From Eledone cirrhosa (lineage: Eukaryota), in NCBI GenBank assembly GCA_964016885.1, contig OZ024741.1:404798001-404862000 (forward strand): a stretch of 64,000 nt of DNA. Direction: 5' to 3'. The position numbers and the translations under genes were made by a program. The notes under the pieces are model-generated. The model ran no database searches and was not told the DNA's origin. It saw nothing but the letters and a program-made list of their open reading frames with translations. Shown one piece after another: positions 24,501 through 36,500 of this stretch; within the stretch, counting starts at the first letter, position 1, and each line of letters starts with the position of its first letter.

Positions 24501-27500
24501 GGTTGTGGTGGTAGTGGTGGTTGTGATGGTAGTGGTGGTTGTGGTGGTAGTGGTGGTTGTGATGGTAGTGGTGGTTGTGTTGTAGTGGTGGTTGTGTTGA
24601 TAGTGGTGGTAGTGGTGGTTGTGTTTGTAGTGGTGGTTTTGATGGTAGTGGTGATTGTGTTGGTAGTGGTGGTAGTGGTGGTTGTGGTGGTAGTGGTGAT
24701 TGTGATGGTAGTGGTGGTTGTGCTGGTAGTGGTGGTTGTGTTGGTAGTGGTGGTAGTGGTGGTTGTGGTGGTTGTGGTGGTTGTCATGGTAGTGGTGGTT
24801 GTGTTGGTAGTGGTGGTAGTTGTGGTAGTGGTGGATCTGTTGGTAGTGGTGGTTGTGGTGGTTGTCATGGTAGTGGTGGTTGTCATGGTAGTGGTGGTTG
24901 TGTTGGTTGTGGTGGTAGTTGTGGTTGTGATGGTAGTGGTTGTTGTGTTGGTAGTGGTGGTTGTGATGGTAGTGGTGGTTGTGGTGGTAGTGGCGGTTGT
25001 GATGGTTGGTGGATGTATTGGTAGTGTTGGTTGTGTTGGTAGTGGTGGTTGACTTGGTAGTGGTGGTTGTGATGGTAGTGGTGGTTGTGTTGGTAGTGGT
25101 GGTAGTGGTGGTTGTGGTGGTAGTGGTGGTTGTGATGGTAGTGGTGGTTGTGTTGGTAGTGGTGGTTGTGTTGGTAGTGGTGGTAGTGGTGGTTGTGGTG
25201 GTTGTGGTGGTTGTCATGGTAGTGGTGGTTGTGTTGGTAGTGGTGGTATTTGTGGTAGTGGTGGATCTGTTGGTAGTGGTGGTTGTGGTGGTTGTCATGG
25301 TAGTGGTGGTTGTCATGGTAGTGGTGGTTGTGTTGGTTGTGGTGGTAGTTGTGGTTGTGATGGTAGTGGTTGTTGTGTTGGTAGTGGTGGTTGTGATGGT
25401 AGTGGAGGTTGTGGTGGGAGTGGCGGTTGTGATGGTTGGTGGATGTGTTGGTAGTGTTGGTTGTGTTGGTAGTGGCGGTTGTGTTGGTAGTGGTGGTTGT
25501 GATGGTAGTGGTGGTTGTGTTGGTAGTGGTGGTTGTGATGGTAGTGGTGGTTGTGTTGGTAGTGGTGGTTGTGTTGGTAGTGGTGGTAGTGGTGGTTGTG
25601 GTGGTTGTGGTGGTTGTCATGGTAGTGGTAGTTGTGTTGGTAGTGGTGGTAGTTGTGGTAGTGGTGGATCTGTTGGTAGTGGTGGTAGTGGTGGTTGTGG
25701 TGGTAGTGGTGGTAGTGGTGGTAGTGGTGGTTGTGGTGGTTGAGTTGGTAGTGGTGGTTGTGTTGGTAGTGTTGGTTGTGTTGGTAGTGGTGGTTGTGAT
25801 GGTAGTGGTGGTTGTGTTGGTAGTGGTGGTAGTGGTGGTTGTGGTGGTAGTGGTGGTTGTGATGGTCGTGGTGGTTGTGTTGGTAGTGGTGGTTGTGTTG
25901 GTAGTGGTGGTAGTGGTGGTTGTGGTGGTTTTGGTGGTTGTCATGGTAGTGGTAGTTGTGTTGGTAGTGGTGGTAGTTGTGGTAGTGGTGGATCTGTTGG
26001 TAGTGGTGGTTGTGGTGGTTGTCATGGTAGTGGTGGTTGTCATGGTAGTGGTGGTTGTGTTGGTTGTTGTGGTAGTTGTGGTTGTGATGGTAGTGGTTGT
26101 TGTGTTGGTAGTGGTGGTTGTGATGGTAGTGGTGGTTGTGGTGGTAGTGGCGGTTGTGATGGTAGTGGTGGGTGTGTTGGTAGTGTTGGTTGTGTTGGTA
26201 GTGTTGGTTGTGTTGGTAGTGGTGGTTGTGATGGTAGTGGTGGTTGTGTTGGTAGTGGTGGTAGTGGCGGTTGTGGTGGTTGTGATGGTAGTGGTGGTTG
26301 TGATAGTAGTGGTAGTAGTTGTGGTTGTGGTGGTAGTGGTGGTTGTGGTGGTTGAGTTGGTAGTGGTGGTTGTGTTGGTAGTGTTGGTTGTGTTGGTAGG
26401 GGTGGTTGTGATGGTAGTGGTGGTTGTGTTGGTAGTGGTGGTATTGGTGGTTGTGGTGGTTGTGATGGTAGTGGTGGTTGTGGTGGTTGAGTTGGTAGTG
26501 TTGGTTGTGTTGGTAGTGGTGGTAGTGGTGGTTGTGGTGGTTGTGGTGGTTGTCATGATAGTGGTGGTTGTATTGGTAGTGGTGGTTGTGTTGGTAGTGG
26601 TGGTTGTGATGTTAGTGGTGGTTGTGATAGTAGTGGTAGTAGTTGTGGTTGTGGTGGTAGTGGTGGTTGTGATGGTAGTCGTGGTTGTAGTGGTAGTTGT
26701 GGTTGTGATGGTAGTGGTGGTTGTGTTGTACTGGTGGTTGTGTTGATAGTGGTGGTAGTGGTGGTTGTGTTTGTAGTGGTGGTTGTGATGGTAGTGGTGA
26801 TTGTGTTGGTAGTGGTGGTAGTGGTGGTTGTGGTGGTAGTGGTGGTTGTGATGGTAGTGGTGGTTGTGTTGGTAGTGGTGGTAGTGGTGGTTGTGGTGGT
26901 AGTGGTGGTTGTGATGGTAGTGCTGGTTGTGTTGGTAGTGGTGGTTGTGTTGGCAGTGGTGGTAGTGGTGGTTGTGGTGGTTGTGGTGGTTGTCATGGTA
27001 GTGGTGGTTGTGTTGGTAGTGGTGGTAGTTGTGGTAGTGGTGGATCTGTTGGTAGTGGTGGTTGTGGTGGTTGTCATGGTAGTGGTGGTTGTCATGGTAG
27101 TGGTGGTTGTGTTGGTTGTGGTGGTAGTTGTGGTTGTGATGGTAGTGGTTGTTGTGTTGGTAGTGGTGGTTGTGATGGTAGTGGTGGTTGTGGTGGTAGT
27201 GGCGGTTGTGATGGTAGTGGTGGATATGTTGGTAGTGTTGGTTGTGTTGGTAGTGGTGGTTGTGTTGGTAGTGGTGGTTGTGACGGTAGTGGTGGTTGTG
27301 TTGGTAGTGGTGGTTGTGATGGTAGTGGTGGTTGTGTTGGTAGTGGTGGTAGTGGTGGTTGTGGTGGTTGTGATGGTAGTGGTGGTTGTGGTGGTTGAGT
27401 TGGTAGTGTTGGTTGTGTTGGTAGTGGTGGTAGTGGTGGTTGTGGTGGTTGTGGTGGTCGTGATGATAGTGGTGGTTGTATTGGTAGTGGTGGTTGTGTT

Positions 27501-30500
27501 GGTAGTGGTGGTTGTGATGTTAGTGGTGGTTGTGATAGTAGTGGTAGTAGTTGTGGTTGTGGTGGTAGTGGTGGTTGTGATGGTAGTGGTGGTTGTGGTG
27601 GTAGTGGTGGTTGTGATGGTAGTGGTGGTTGTGTTGTAGTGGTGGTTGTGTTGATAGTGGTGGTAGTGGTGGTTGTGTTTGTAGTGGTGGTTTTGATGGT
27701 AGTGGTGATTGTGTTGGTAGTGGTGGTAGTGGTGGTTGTGGTGGTAGTGGTGATTGTGATGGTAGTGGTGGTTGTGCTGGTAGTGGTGGTTGTGTTGGTA
27801 GTGGTGGTAGTGGTGGTTGTGGTGGTTGTGGTGGTTGTCATGGTAGTGGTGGTTGTGTTGGTAGTGGTGGTAGTTGTGGTAGTGGTGGATCTGTTGGTAG
27901 TGGTGGTTGTGGTGGTTGTCATGGTAGTGGTGGTTGTCATGGTAGTGGTGGTTGTGTTGGTTGTGGTGGTAGTTGTGGTTGTGATGGTAGTGGTTGTTGT
28001 GTTGGTAGTGGTGGTTGTGATGGTAGTGGTGGTTGTGTTGGTAGTGGTGGTAGTGGTGGTAGTGGTGGTTGTGGTGGTTGAGTTGGTAGTGGTGGTTGTG
28101 TTGGTAGTGTTGGTTGTGTTGGTAGTGGTGGTTGTGATGGTAGTGGTGGTTGTGATGGTAGTGGTGGTTGTGTTGGTAGTGGTAGTTGTGATGGTAGTGG
28201 TGGTTGTGTTGGTAGTGGTGGTAGTGGTGGTAGTGGTGGTTGTGGTGGTTGAGTTGGTAGTGGTGGTTGTGTTGGTAGTGTTGGTTGTGTTGGTAGTGGT
28301 GGTTGTGATGGTAGTGGTGGTTGTGTTGGTAGTGGTGGTAGTGGTGGTTGTGGTAGTTGTGGTGGTTGTCATGGTAGTGGTAGTTGTGTTGGTAGTGGTT
28401 GTAGTTGTGGTAGTGGTGGATCTGTTGGTAGTGGTGGTTGTGGTGGTTGTCATGGTAGTGGTGGTTGTCATGGTAGTGGTGGTTGTGTTGGTTGTTGTGG
28501 TAGTTGTGGTTGTGATGGTAGTGGTTGTTGTGTTGGTAGTGGTGGTTGTGATGGTAGTGGTGGTTGTGGTGGTAGTGGTGGTTGTGATGGTAGTGGTGGA
28601 TGTGTTGGTAGTGTTGGTTGTGTTGGTAGTGGTGGTTGTGTTGGTAGTGGTGGTTGTGATGGTAGTGGTGGTTGTGTTGGTAGTGGTGGTTGTGATGGTA
28701 GTGGTGGTTGTGTTGGTAGTGGTGGTAGTGGTGGTAGTGGTGGTTGTGGTGGTTGAGTTGGTAGTGGTGGTTGTGTTGGTAGTGTTGGTTGTGTTGGTAG
28801 TGGTGGTTGTGATGGTAGTGGTGGTTGTGTTGGTAGTGGTGGATTTGATGGTAGTGGTGGTTGTGTTGGTAGTGGTGGTAGTGGTGGTAGTGGTGGTTGT
28901 GGTGGTTGAGTTGGTAGTGGTGGTTGTGTTGGTAGTGGTGGTTGTGTTGGTAGTGGTGGTTGTGATGTTAGTGGTGGTTGTGATAGTAGTGGTAGTAGTT
29001 GTGGTTGTGGTGGTAGTGGTGGTTGTGATGGTAGTCGTGGTTGTGGTGGTAGTGGTGGTTGTGATGGTAGTGGTGGTTGTGTTGTAGTGGTGGTTGTATT
29101 GATAGTGGTGGTAGTGGTGGTTGTGTTTGTAGTGGTGGTTGTGATGGTAGTGGTGATTGTGTTGGTAGTGGTGGTAGTGGTGGTTGTGGTGGTAGTGGTG
29201 GTTGTGATGGTAGTGGTGGTTGTGTTGGTAGTGGTGGTAGTGGTGGTTGTGGTGGTAGTGGTGGTTGTGATGGTAGTGGTGGTTGTGTTGGTAGTGGTGG
29301 TTGTGTTGGTAGTGGTGGTAGTGGTGGTTGTGGTGGTTGTGGTGGTTGTCATGGTAGTGGTGGTTGTGTTGGTAGTGGTGGTAGTTGTGGTAGTGGTGGA
29401 TCTGTTGGTAGTGGTTGTTGTGGTGGTTGTCATGGTAGTGGTGGTTGTCATGGTAGTGGTGGTTGTGTTGGTTGTGGTGGTAGTTGTGGTTGTGATGGTA
29501 GTGGTTGTTGTGTTGGTAGTGGTGGTTGTGATGGTAGTGGTGGTTGTGGTGGTAGTGGCGGTTGTGATGGTAGTGGTGGATGTGTTGGTAGTGTTGGTTG
29601 TGTTGGTAGTGGTGGTTGTGTTGGTAGTGGTGCTTGTGATGGTAGTGGTGGTTGTGTTGGTAGTGGTGGTTGTGATGGTAGTGGTGGTTGTGTTGGTAGT
29701 GGTGATAGTGGTGGTTGTGGTGGTTGTGATGGTAGTGGTGGTTGTGGTGGTTGAGTTGGTAGTGTTGGTTGTGTTGGTAGTGGTTGTAGTGATGGTTGTA
29801 GTGGTTGTGGTGGTTGTGATGATAGTGGTGGTTGTGTTGGTAGTGGTGGTTGTGATGTTAGTGGTGGTTGTGATAGTAGTGGTAGTAGTTGTGGTTGTGG
29901 TGGTAGTGGTGGTTGTGATGGTAGTGGTGGTTGTGGTGGTAGTGGTGGTTGTGATGGTAGTGGTGGTTGTGTTGTAGTGGTGGTTGTGTTGATAGTGGTG
30001 GTAGTGGTGGTTGTGTTTGTAGTGGTGGTTGTGATGGTAGTGGTGGTTGTGGTGGTAGTGGTGGTTCTGATGGTAGTGGTGGTTGTGTTGGTAGTGGTGG
30101 TAGTGGTGGTTGTGGTGGTAGTGGTGGTTGTGATGGTAGTGGTGGTTGTGTTGGTAGTGGTGGTTGTGTTGGTAGTGGTGGTAGTGGTGGTTGTGGTGGT
30201 TGTGGTGGTTGTCATGGTAGTGGTGGTTGTGTTGGTAGTGGTGGTAGTTGTGGTAGTGGTGGATCTGTTGGTAGTGGTGGTTGTGGTGGTTGTCATGGTA
30301 GTGGTGGTTGTCATGGTAGTGGTGTTTGTGTTGGTTGTGGTGGTAGTTGTGGTTGTGATGGTAGTGGTTGTTGTGTTGGTAGTGGTGGTTGTGATGGTAG
30401 TGATGGTTGTGGTGGTAGTGGCGGTTGTGATGGTAGTGGTGGATGTGTTGGTAGTGTTGGTTGTGTTGGTAGTGGTGGTTGTGTTGGTAGTGGTGGTTGT

Positions 30501-33500
30501 GTTGGTAGTGGTGGTTGTGATGGTAGTGGTGGTTGTGTTGGTAGTGGTGGTTGTGATGGTAGTGGTGGTTGTGTTGGTAGTGGTGGTAGTGGTGGTTGTG
30601 GTGGTTGAGTTGGTAGTGGTGGTTGTGTTGGTAGTGTTGGTTGTGTTGGTAGTGGTGGTTGTGATGGTAGTGGTGGTTGTGTTGGTAGTGGTGGTTGTGA
30701 TGGTAGTGGTGGTTGTGTTGGTAGTGGTGGTTGTGTTGGTAGTGGTGGTTGTGATGGTAGTGGTGGTTGTGTTGGTAGTGGTGGTTGTGATGGTAGTGGT
30801 GGTTGTGATGGTAGTGGTGGTTGTGATGGTAGTGGTGGATGTGTTGGTTGAGTTGGTAGTGGTGGTTGTGTTGGTAGTGTTGGTTGTGTTGGTAGTGGTG
30901 GTTGTGTTGGTAGTGGTGGTAGTGGTGGTAGTGTTAGTTTTGATGGTAGTGGTGGTTGTGATGGTAGTGGTGGTTGTGTTGGTAGTGGTGGTAGTGGTGG
31001 TAGTGGTGATTGTGGTGGTTGAGTTGGTAGTGGTGGTTGTGTTGGTAGTGTTGGTTGTGTTGGTAGTGGTGGTTGTGATGGTAGTGGTGGTTGTGTTGGT
31101 AGTGGTGGTTGTGATGGTAGTGGTGGTTTTGATGGTAGTGGTGGTTGTGATGGTAGTGTTGGTTGTGTTGGTAGTGTTGGTTGTGTTGGTAGTGGTGGTT
31201 GTGTTGGTAGTGGTGGTTGTGTTGGTAGTGGTGGTTGTGATGGTAGTGGTGGTTGTGTTGGTAGTGGTGGTTGTGATGGTAGTGGTGGTTGTGTTGGTAG
31301 TGGTGGTTGTGATGGTAGTGGTGGTTGTGATGGTAGTGGTGGTTGTGATGGTAGTGGTGGTTGTGTTGGTAGTGGTGGTAGTGGTGGTTGTGGTGGTTGT
31401 GATGGTAGTGGTGGTTGTGATGGTAGTGGTAATTGTGTTGGTAGTGGTGGTAGTGGTGGTTGTGGTGGTAGTGGTGGTTGTGATGGTAGTGGTGGTTGTG
31501 ATGGTAGTGGTGGTTGTGTTGGTAGTGGTGGTAGTGGTGGTTGTGGTGGTTGTGATGGTAGTGGTGGTTGTGATGGTAGTGATGATTGTGTTGGTAGTGG
31601 TGGTAGTGGTGGTTGTGGTGGTAGTGGTGGTTGTGATGGTAGTGGTGGTTGTGTTGGTAGTGGTGGTAGTGGTGGTAGTGGTGGTTGTGTTGGTAGTGGT
31701 GGTAGTGGTGGTTGTGGTGGTTGTGATGGTAGTGGTGGTTGTGATGGTAGTGGTGGTTGTGATGGTAGTGGTGGTTGTGTTGGTAGTGGTGGTAATGGTG
31801 GTTGTGGTGGTTGTGATGGTAGTGGTGGTTGTGATGGTAGTGGTGGTTGTGTTGGTAGTCGTGGTTGTGATGGTAGTGGTGGTTGTGTTGGTAGTGGTGG
31901 TAGTGGTGGTTGTGGTGGTTGTGATGGTAGTGGTGGTTGTGATGGTAGTGGTGATTGTGTTGGTAGTGGTGGTAGTGGTGGTTGTGGTGGTAGTGGTGGT
32001 TGTGATGGTAGTGGTGGTTGTGTTGGTAGTGGTGGTTGTGTTGGTAGTGGTGGTTGTGTTGGTAGTGGTGGTAGTGGTGGTTGTGGTGGTTGTGATGGTA
32101 GTGGTGGTTGTGGTGGTTGAGTTGGTAGTGTTGGTTGTGTTGGTAGTGGTGGTAGTGGTGGTTGTGGTGGTTGTGGTGGTTGTGATGATAGTGGTGGTTG
32201 TGTTGGTAGTGGTGGTTGTGTTGGTAGTGGTGGTTGTGTTGGTAGTGGTGGTTGTGTTGGTAGTGGTGGTTGTGTTGGTAGTGGTGGTTGTGTTGGTAGT
32301 GGTGGTTGTGATGGTAGTGGTGGTTGTGTTGGTAGTGGTGTTTGTGTTGGTAGTGGTGGTTGTGTTGGTAGTGGTGCTTGTGATGGTAGTGGTGGTTGTG
32401 TTGGTAGTGGTGGTTGTGATGGTAGTGGTGGTTGTGTTGGTAGTGGTGATAGTGGTGGTTGTGGTGGTTGTGATGGTAGTGGTGGTTGTGGTGGTTGAGT
32501 TGGTAGTGTTGGTTGTGTTGGTAGTGGTTGTAGTGATGGTTGTAGTGGTTGTGGTGGTTGTGATGATAGTGGTGGTTGTGTTGGTAGTGGTGGTTGTGAT
32601 GTTAGTGGTGGTTGTGATAGTAGTGGTAGTAGTTGTGGTTGTGGTGGTAGTGGTGGTTGTGATGGTAGTGGTGGTTGTGGTGGTAGTGGTGGTTGTGATG
32701 GTAGTGGTGGTTGTGTTGTAGTGGTGGTTGTGTTGATAGTGGTGGTAGTGGTGGTTGTGTTTGTAGTGGTGGTTGTGATGGTAGTGGTGGTTGTGGTGGT
32801 AGTGGTGGTTGTGATGGTAGTGGTGGTTGTGTTGGTAGTGGTGGTAGTGGTGGTTGTGGTGGTAGTGGTGGTTGTGATGGTAGTGGTGGTTGTGTTGGTA
32901 GTGGTGGTTGTGTTGGTAGTGGTGGTAGTGGTGGTTGTGGTGGTTGTGGTGGTTGTCATGGTAGTGGTGGTTGTGTTGGTAGTGGTGGTAGTTGTGGTAG
33001 TGGTGGATCTGTTGGTAGTGGTGGTTGTGGTGGTTGTCATGGTAGTGGTGGTTGTCATGGTAGTGGTGGTTGTGTTGGTTGTGGTGGTAGTTGTGGTTGT
33101 GATGGTAGTGGTTGTTGTGTTGGTAGTGGTGGTTGTGATGGTAGTGATGGTTGTGGTGGTAGTGGCGGTTGTGATGGTAGTGGTGGATGTGTTGGTAGTG
33201 ATGGTTGTGTTGGTAGTGGTGGTTGTGTTGGTAGTGGTGGTTGTGTTGGTAGTGGTGGTTGTGATGGTAGTGGTGGTTGTGTTGGTAGTGGTGGTTGTGA
33301 TGGTAGTGGTGGTTGTGTTGGTAGTGGTGGTAGTGGTGGTTGTGGTGGTTGAGTTGGTAGTGGTGGTTGTGTTGGTAGTGTTGGTTGTGTTGGTAGTGGT
33401 GGTTGTGATGGTAGTGGTGGTTGTGTTGGTAGTGGTGGTTTTGATGGTAGTGGTGGTTGTGTTGGTAGTGGTGGTTGTGTTGGTAGTGGTGGTTGTGATG

Positions 33501-36500
33501 GTAGTGGTGGTTGTGTTGGTAGTGGTGGTTGTGATGGTAGTGGTGGTTGTGATGGTAGTGGTGGTTGTGATGGTAGTGGTGGATGTGTTGGTTGAGTTGG
33601 TAGTGGTGGTTGTGTTGGTAGTGTTGGTTGTGTTGGTAGTGGTGGTTGTGTTGGTAGTGGTGGTAGTGGTGGTAGTGTTAGTTTTGATGGTAGTGGTGGT
33701 TGTGATGGTAGTGGTGGTTGTGTTGGTAGTGGTGGTATTGGTGGTGGTGGTGATTGTGGTGGTTGAGTTGGTAGTGGTGGTTGTGTTGGTAGTGTTGGTT
33801 GTGTTGGTAGTGGTGGTTGTGATGGTAGTGGTGGTTGTGTTGGTAGTGGTGGTTGTGATGGTAGTGGTGGTTTTGATGGTAGTGGTGGTTGTGATGGTAG
33901 TGTTGGTTGTGTTGGTAGTGTTGGTTGTGTTGGTAGTGGTGGTTGTGTTGGTAGTGGTGGTTGTGTTGGTAGTGGTGGTTGTGATGGTAGTGGTGGTTGT
34001 GTTGGTAGTGGTGGTTGTGATGGTAGTGGTGGTTGTGTTGGTAGTGGTGGTTGTGATGGTAGTGGTGGTTGTGATGGTAGTGGTGGTTGTGATGGTAGTG
34101 GTGGTTGTGTTGGTAGTGGTGGTAGTGGTGGTTGTGGTGGTTGTGATGGTAGTGGTGGTTGTGATGGTAGTGGTAATTGTGTTGGTAGTGGTGGTAGTGG
34201 TGGTTGTGGTGGTAGTGGTGGTTGTGATGGTAGTGGTGGTTGTGATGGTAGTGGTGGTTGTGTTGGTAGTGGTGGTAGTGGTGGTTGTGGTGGTTGTGAT
34301 GGTAGTGGTGGTTGTGATGGTAGTGATGATTGTGTTGGTAGTGGTGGTAGTGGTGGTTGTGGTGGTAGTGGTGGTTGTGATGGTAGTGGTGGTTGTGTTG
34401 GTAGTGGTGGTAGTGGTGGTAGTGGTGGTTGTGTTGGTAGTGGTGGTAGTGGTGGTTGTGGTGGTTGTGATGGTAGTGGTGGTTGTGATGGTAGTGGTGG
34501 TTGTGATGGTAGTGGTGGTTGTGTTGGTAGTGGTGGTAATGGTGGTTGTGGTGGTTGTGATGGTAGTGGTGGTTGTGATGGTAGTGGTGGTTGTGTTGGT
34601 AGTCGTGGTTGTGATGGTAGTGGTGGTTGTGTTGGTAGTGGTGGTAGTGGTGGTTGTGGTGGTTGTGATGGTAGTGGTGGTTGTGATGGTAGTGGTGATT
34701 GTGTTGGTAGTGGTGGTAGTGGTGGTTGTGGTGGTAGTGGTGGTTGTGATGGTAGTGGTGGTTGTGTTGGTAGTGGTGGTTGTGTTGGTAGTGGTGGTTG
34801 TGTTGGTAGTGGTGGTAGTGGTGGTTGTGGTGGTTGTGATGGTAGTGGTGGTTGTGGTGGTTGAGTTGGTAGTGTTGGTTGTGTTGGTAGTGGTGGTAGT
34901 GGTGGTTGTGGTGGTTGTGGTGGTTGTGATGATAGTGGTGGTTGTGTTGGTAGTGGTGGTTGTGTTGGTAGTGGTGGTTGTGTTGGTAGTGGTGGTTGTG
35001 TTGGTAGTGGTGGTTGTGTTGGTAGTGGTGGTTGTGTTGGTAGTGGTGGTTGTGATGGTAGTGGTGGTTGTGTTGGTAGTGGTGTTTGTGTTGGTAGTGG
35101 TGGTTGTGTTGGTAGTGGTGGTTGTGATGGTAGTGGTGGTTGTGATGGTAGTGGTGATTGTGTTGGTAGTGGTGGTTGTATTGGTAGTGGTGGTTGTGTT
35201 GGTAGTGGTGGTTGTGTTGGTAGTGGTGGTTGTGATGGTAGTGGTGGTTGTGATGGTAGTGGTGGTTGTGATGGTAGTGGTGATTGTGTTGGTAGTGGTG
35301 GTAGTGGTGGTTGTAGTGGTAGTGGTGGTTGTGATGGTAGTGGTGGTTGTGTTGGTAGTGGTGGTAGTGGTGGTTGTGGTGGTAGTGTTGGTTGTGATGG
35401 TAGTGGTGGTTGTGTTGGTAGTGGTGGTTGTGTTGGTAGTGGTGGTTGTGGTGGTTGTCATGGTAGTGGTGGTTGTGTTGGTAGTGGTGGTAGTTGTGGT
35501 AGTGGTGGATCTGTTGGTAGTGGTGGTTGTGGTGGTTGTCATGGTAGTGGTGGTTGTCATGGTAGTGGTGGTTGTGTTGGTAGTGGTGGTTGTGGTGGTA
35601 GTTGTGGTTGTGATGGTAGTGGTGGTTGTGTTGGTAGTGGTGGTAGTGGTGGTTGTGGTGGTAGTGGTGGTTGTGATGGTAGTGGTGGTTGTGTTGGTAG
35701 TGGTGGTTGTGTTGGTAGTGGTGGTAGTGGTGGTTGTGGTGGTTGTGGTGGTTGTCATGGTAGTGGTGGTTGTGTTGGTAGTGGTGGTAGTTGTGGTAGT
35801 GGTGGATCTGTTGGTAGTGGTTGTTGTGGTGGTTGTCATGGTAGTGGTGGTTGTCATGGTAGTGGTGGTTGTGTTGGTTGTGGTGGTAGTTGTGGTTGTG
35901 ATGGTAGTGGTTGTTGTGTTGGTAGTGGTGGTTGTGATGGTAGTGGTGGTTGTGGTGGTAGTGGCGGTTGTGATGGTAGTGGTGGATGTGTTGGTAGTGT
36001 TGGTTGTGTTGGTAGTGGTGGTTGTGTTGGTAGTGGTGCTTGTGATGGTAGTGGTGGTTGTGTTGGTAGTGGTGGTTGTGATGTTAGTGGTGGTTGTGTT
36101 GGTAGTGGTGGTAGTGGCGGTTGTGGTGGTTGTGATGGTAGTGGTGGTTGTGGTGGTTGAGTTGGTAGTGTTGGTTGTGTTGGTAGTGGTGGTAGTGGTG
36201 GTTGTGGTGGTTGTGGTGGTTGTGATGATAGTGGTGGTTGTATTGGTAGTGGTGGTTGTGTTGGTAGTGGTGGTTGTGATGTTAGTGGTGGTTGTGATAG
36301 TAGTGGTAGTAGTTGTGGTTGTGGTGGTAGTGGTGGTTGTGATGGTAGTGGTGGTTGTGGTGGTAGTGGTGGTTGTGATGGTAGTGGTGGTTGTGTTGTA
36401 GTGGTGGTTGTGTTGATAGTGGTGGTAGTGGTGGTTGTGTTTGTAGTGGTGGTTGTGATGGTAGTGGTGGTTGTGGTGGTAGTGGTGGTTGTGATGGTAG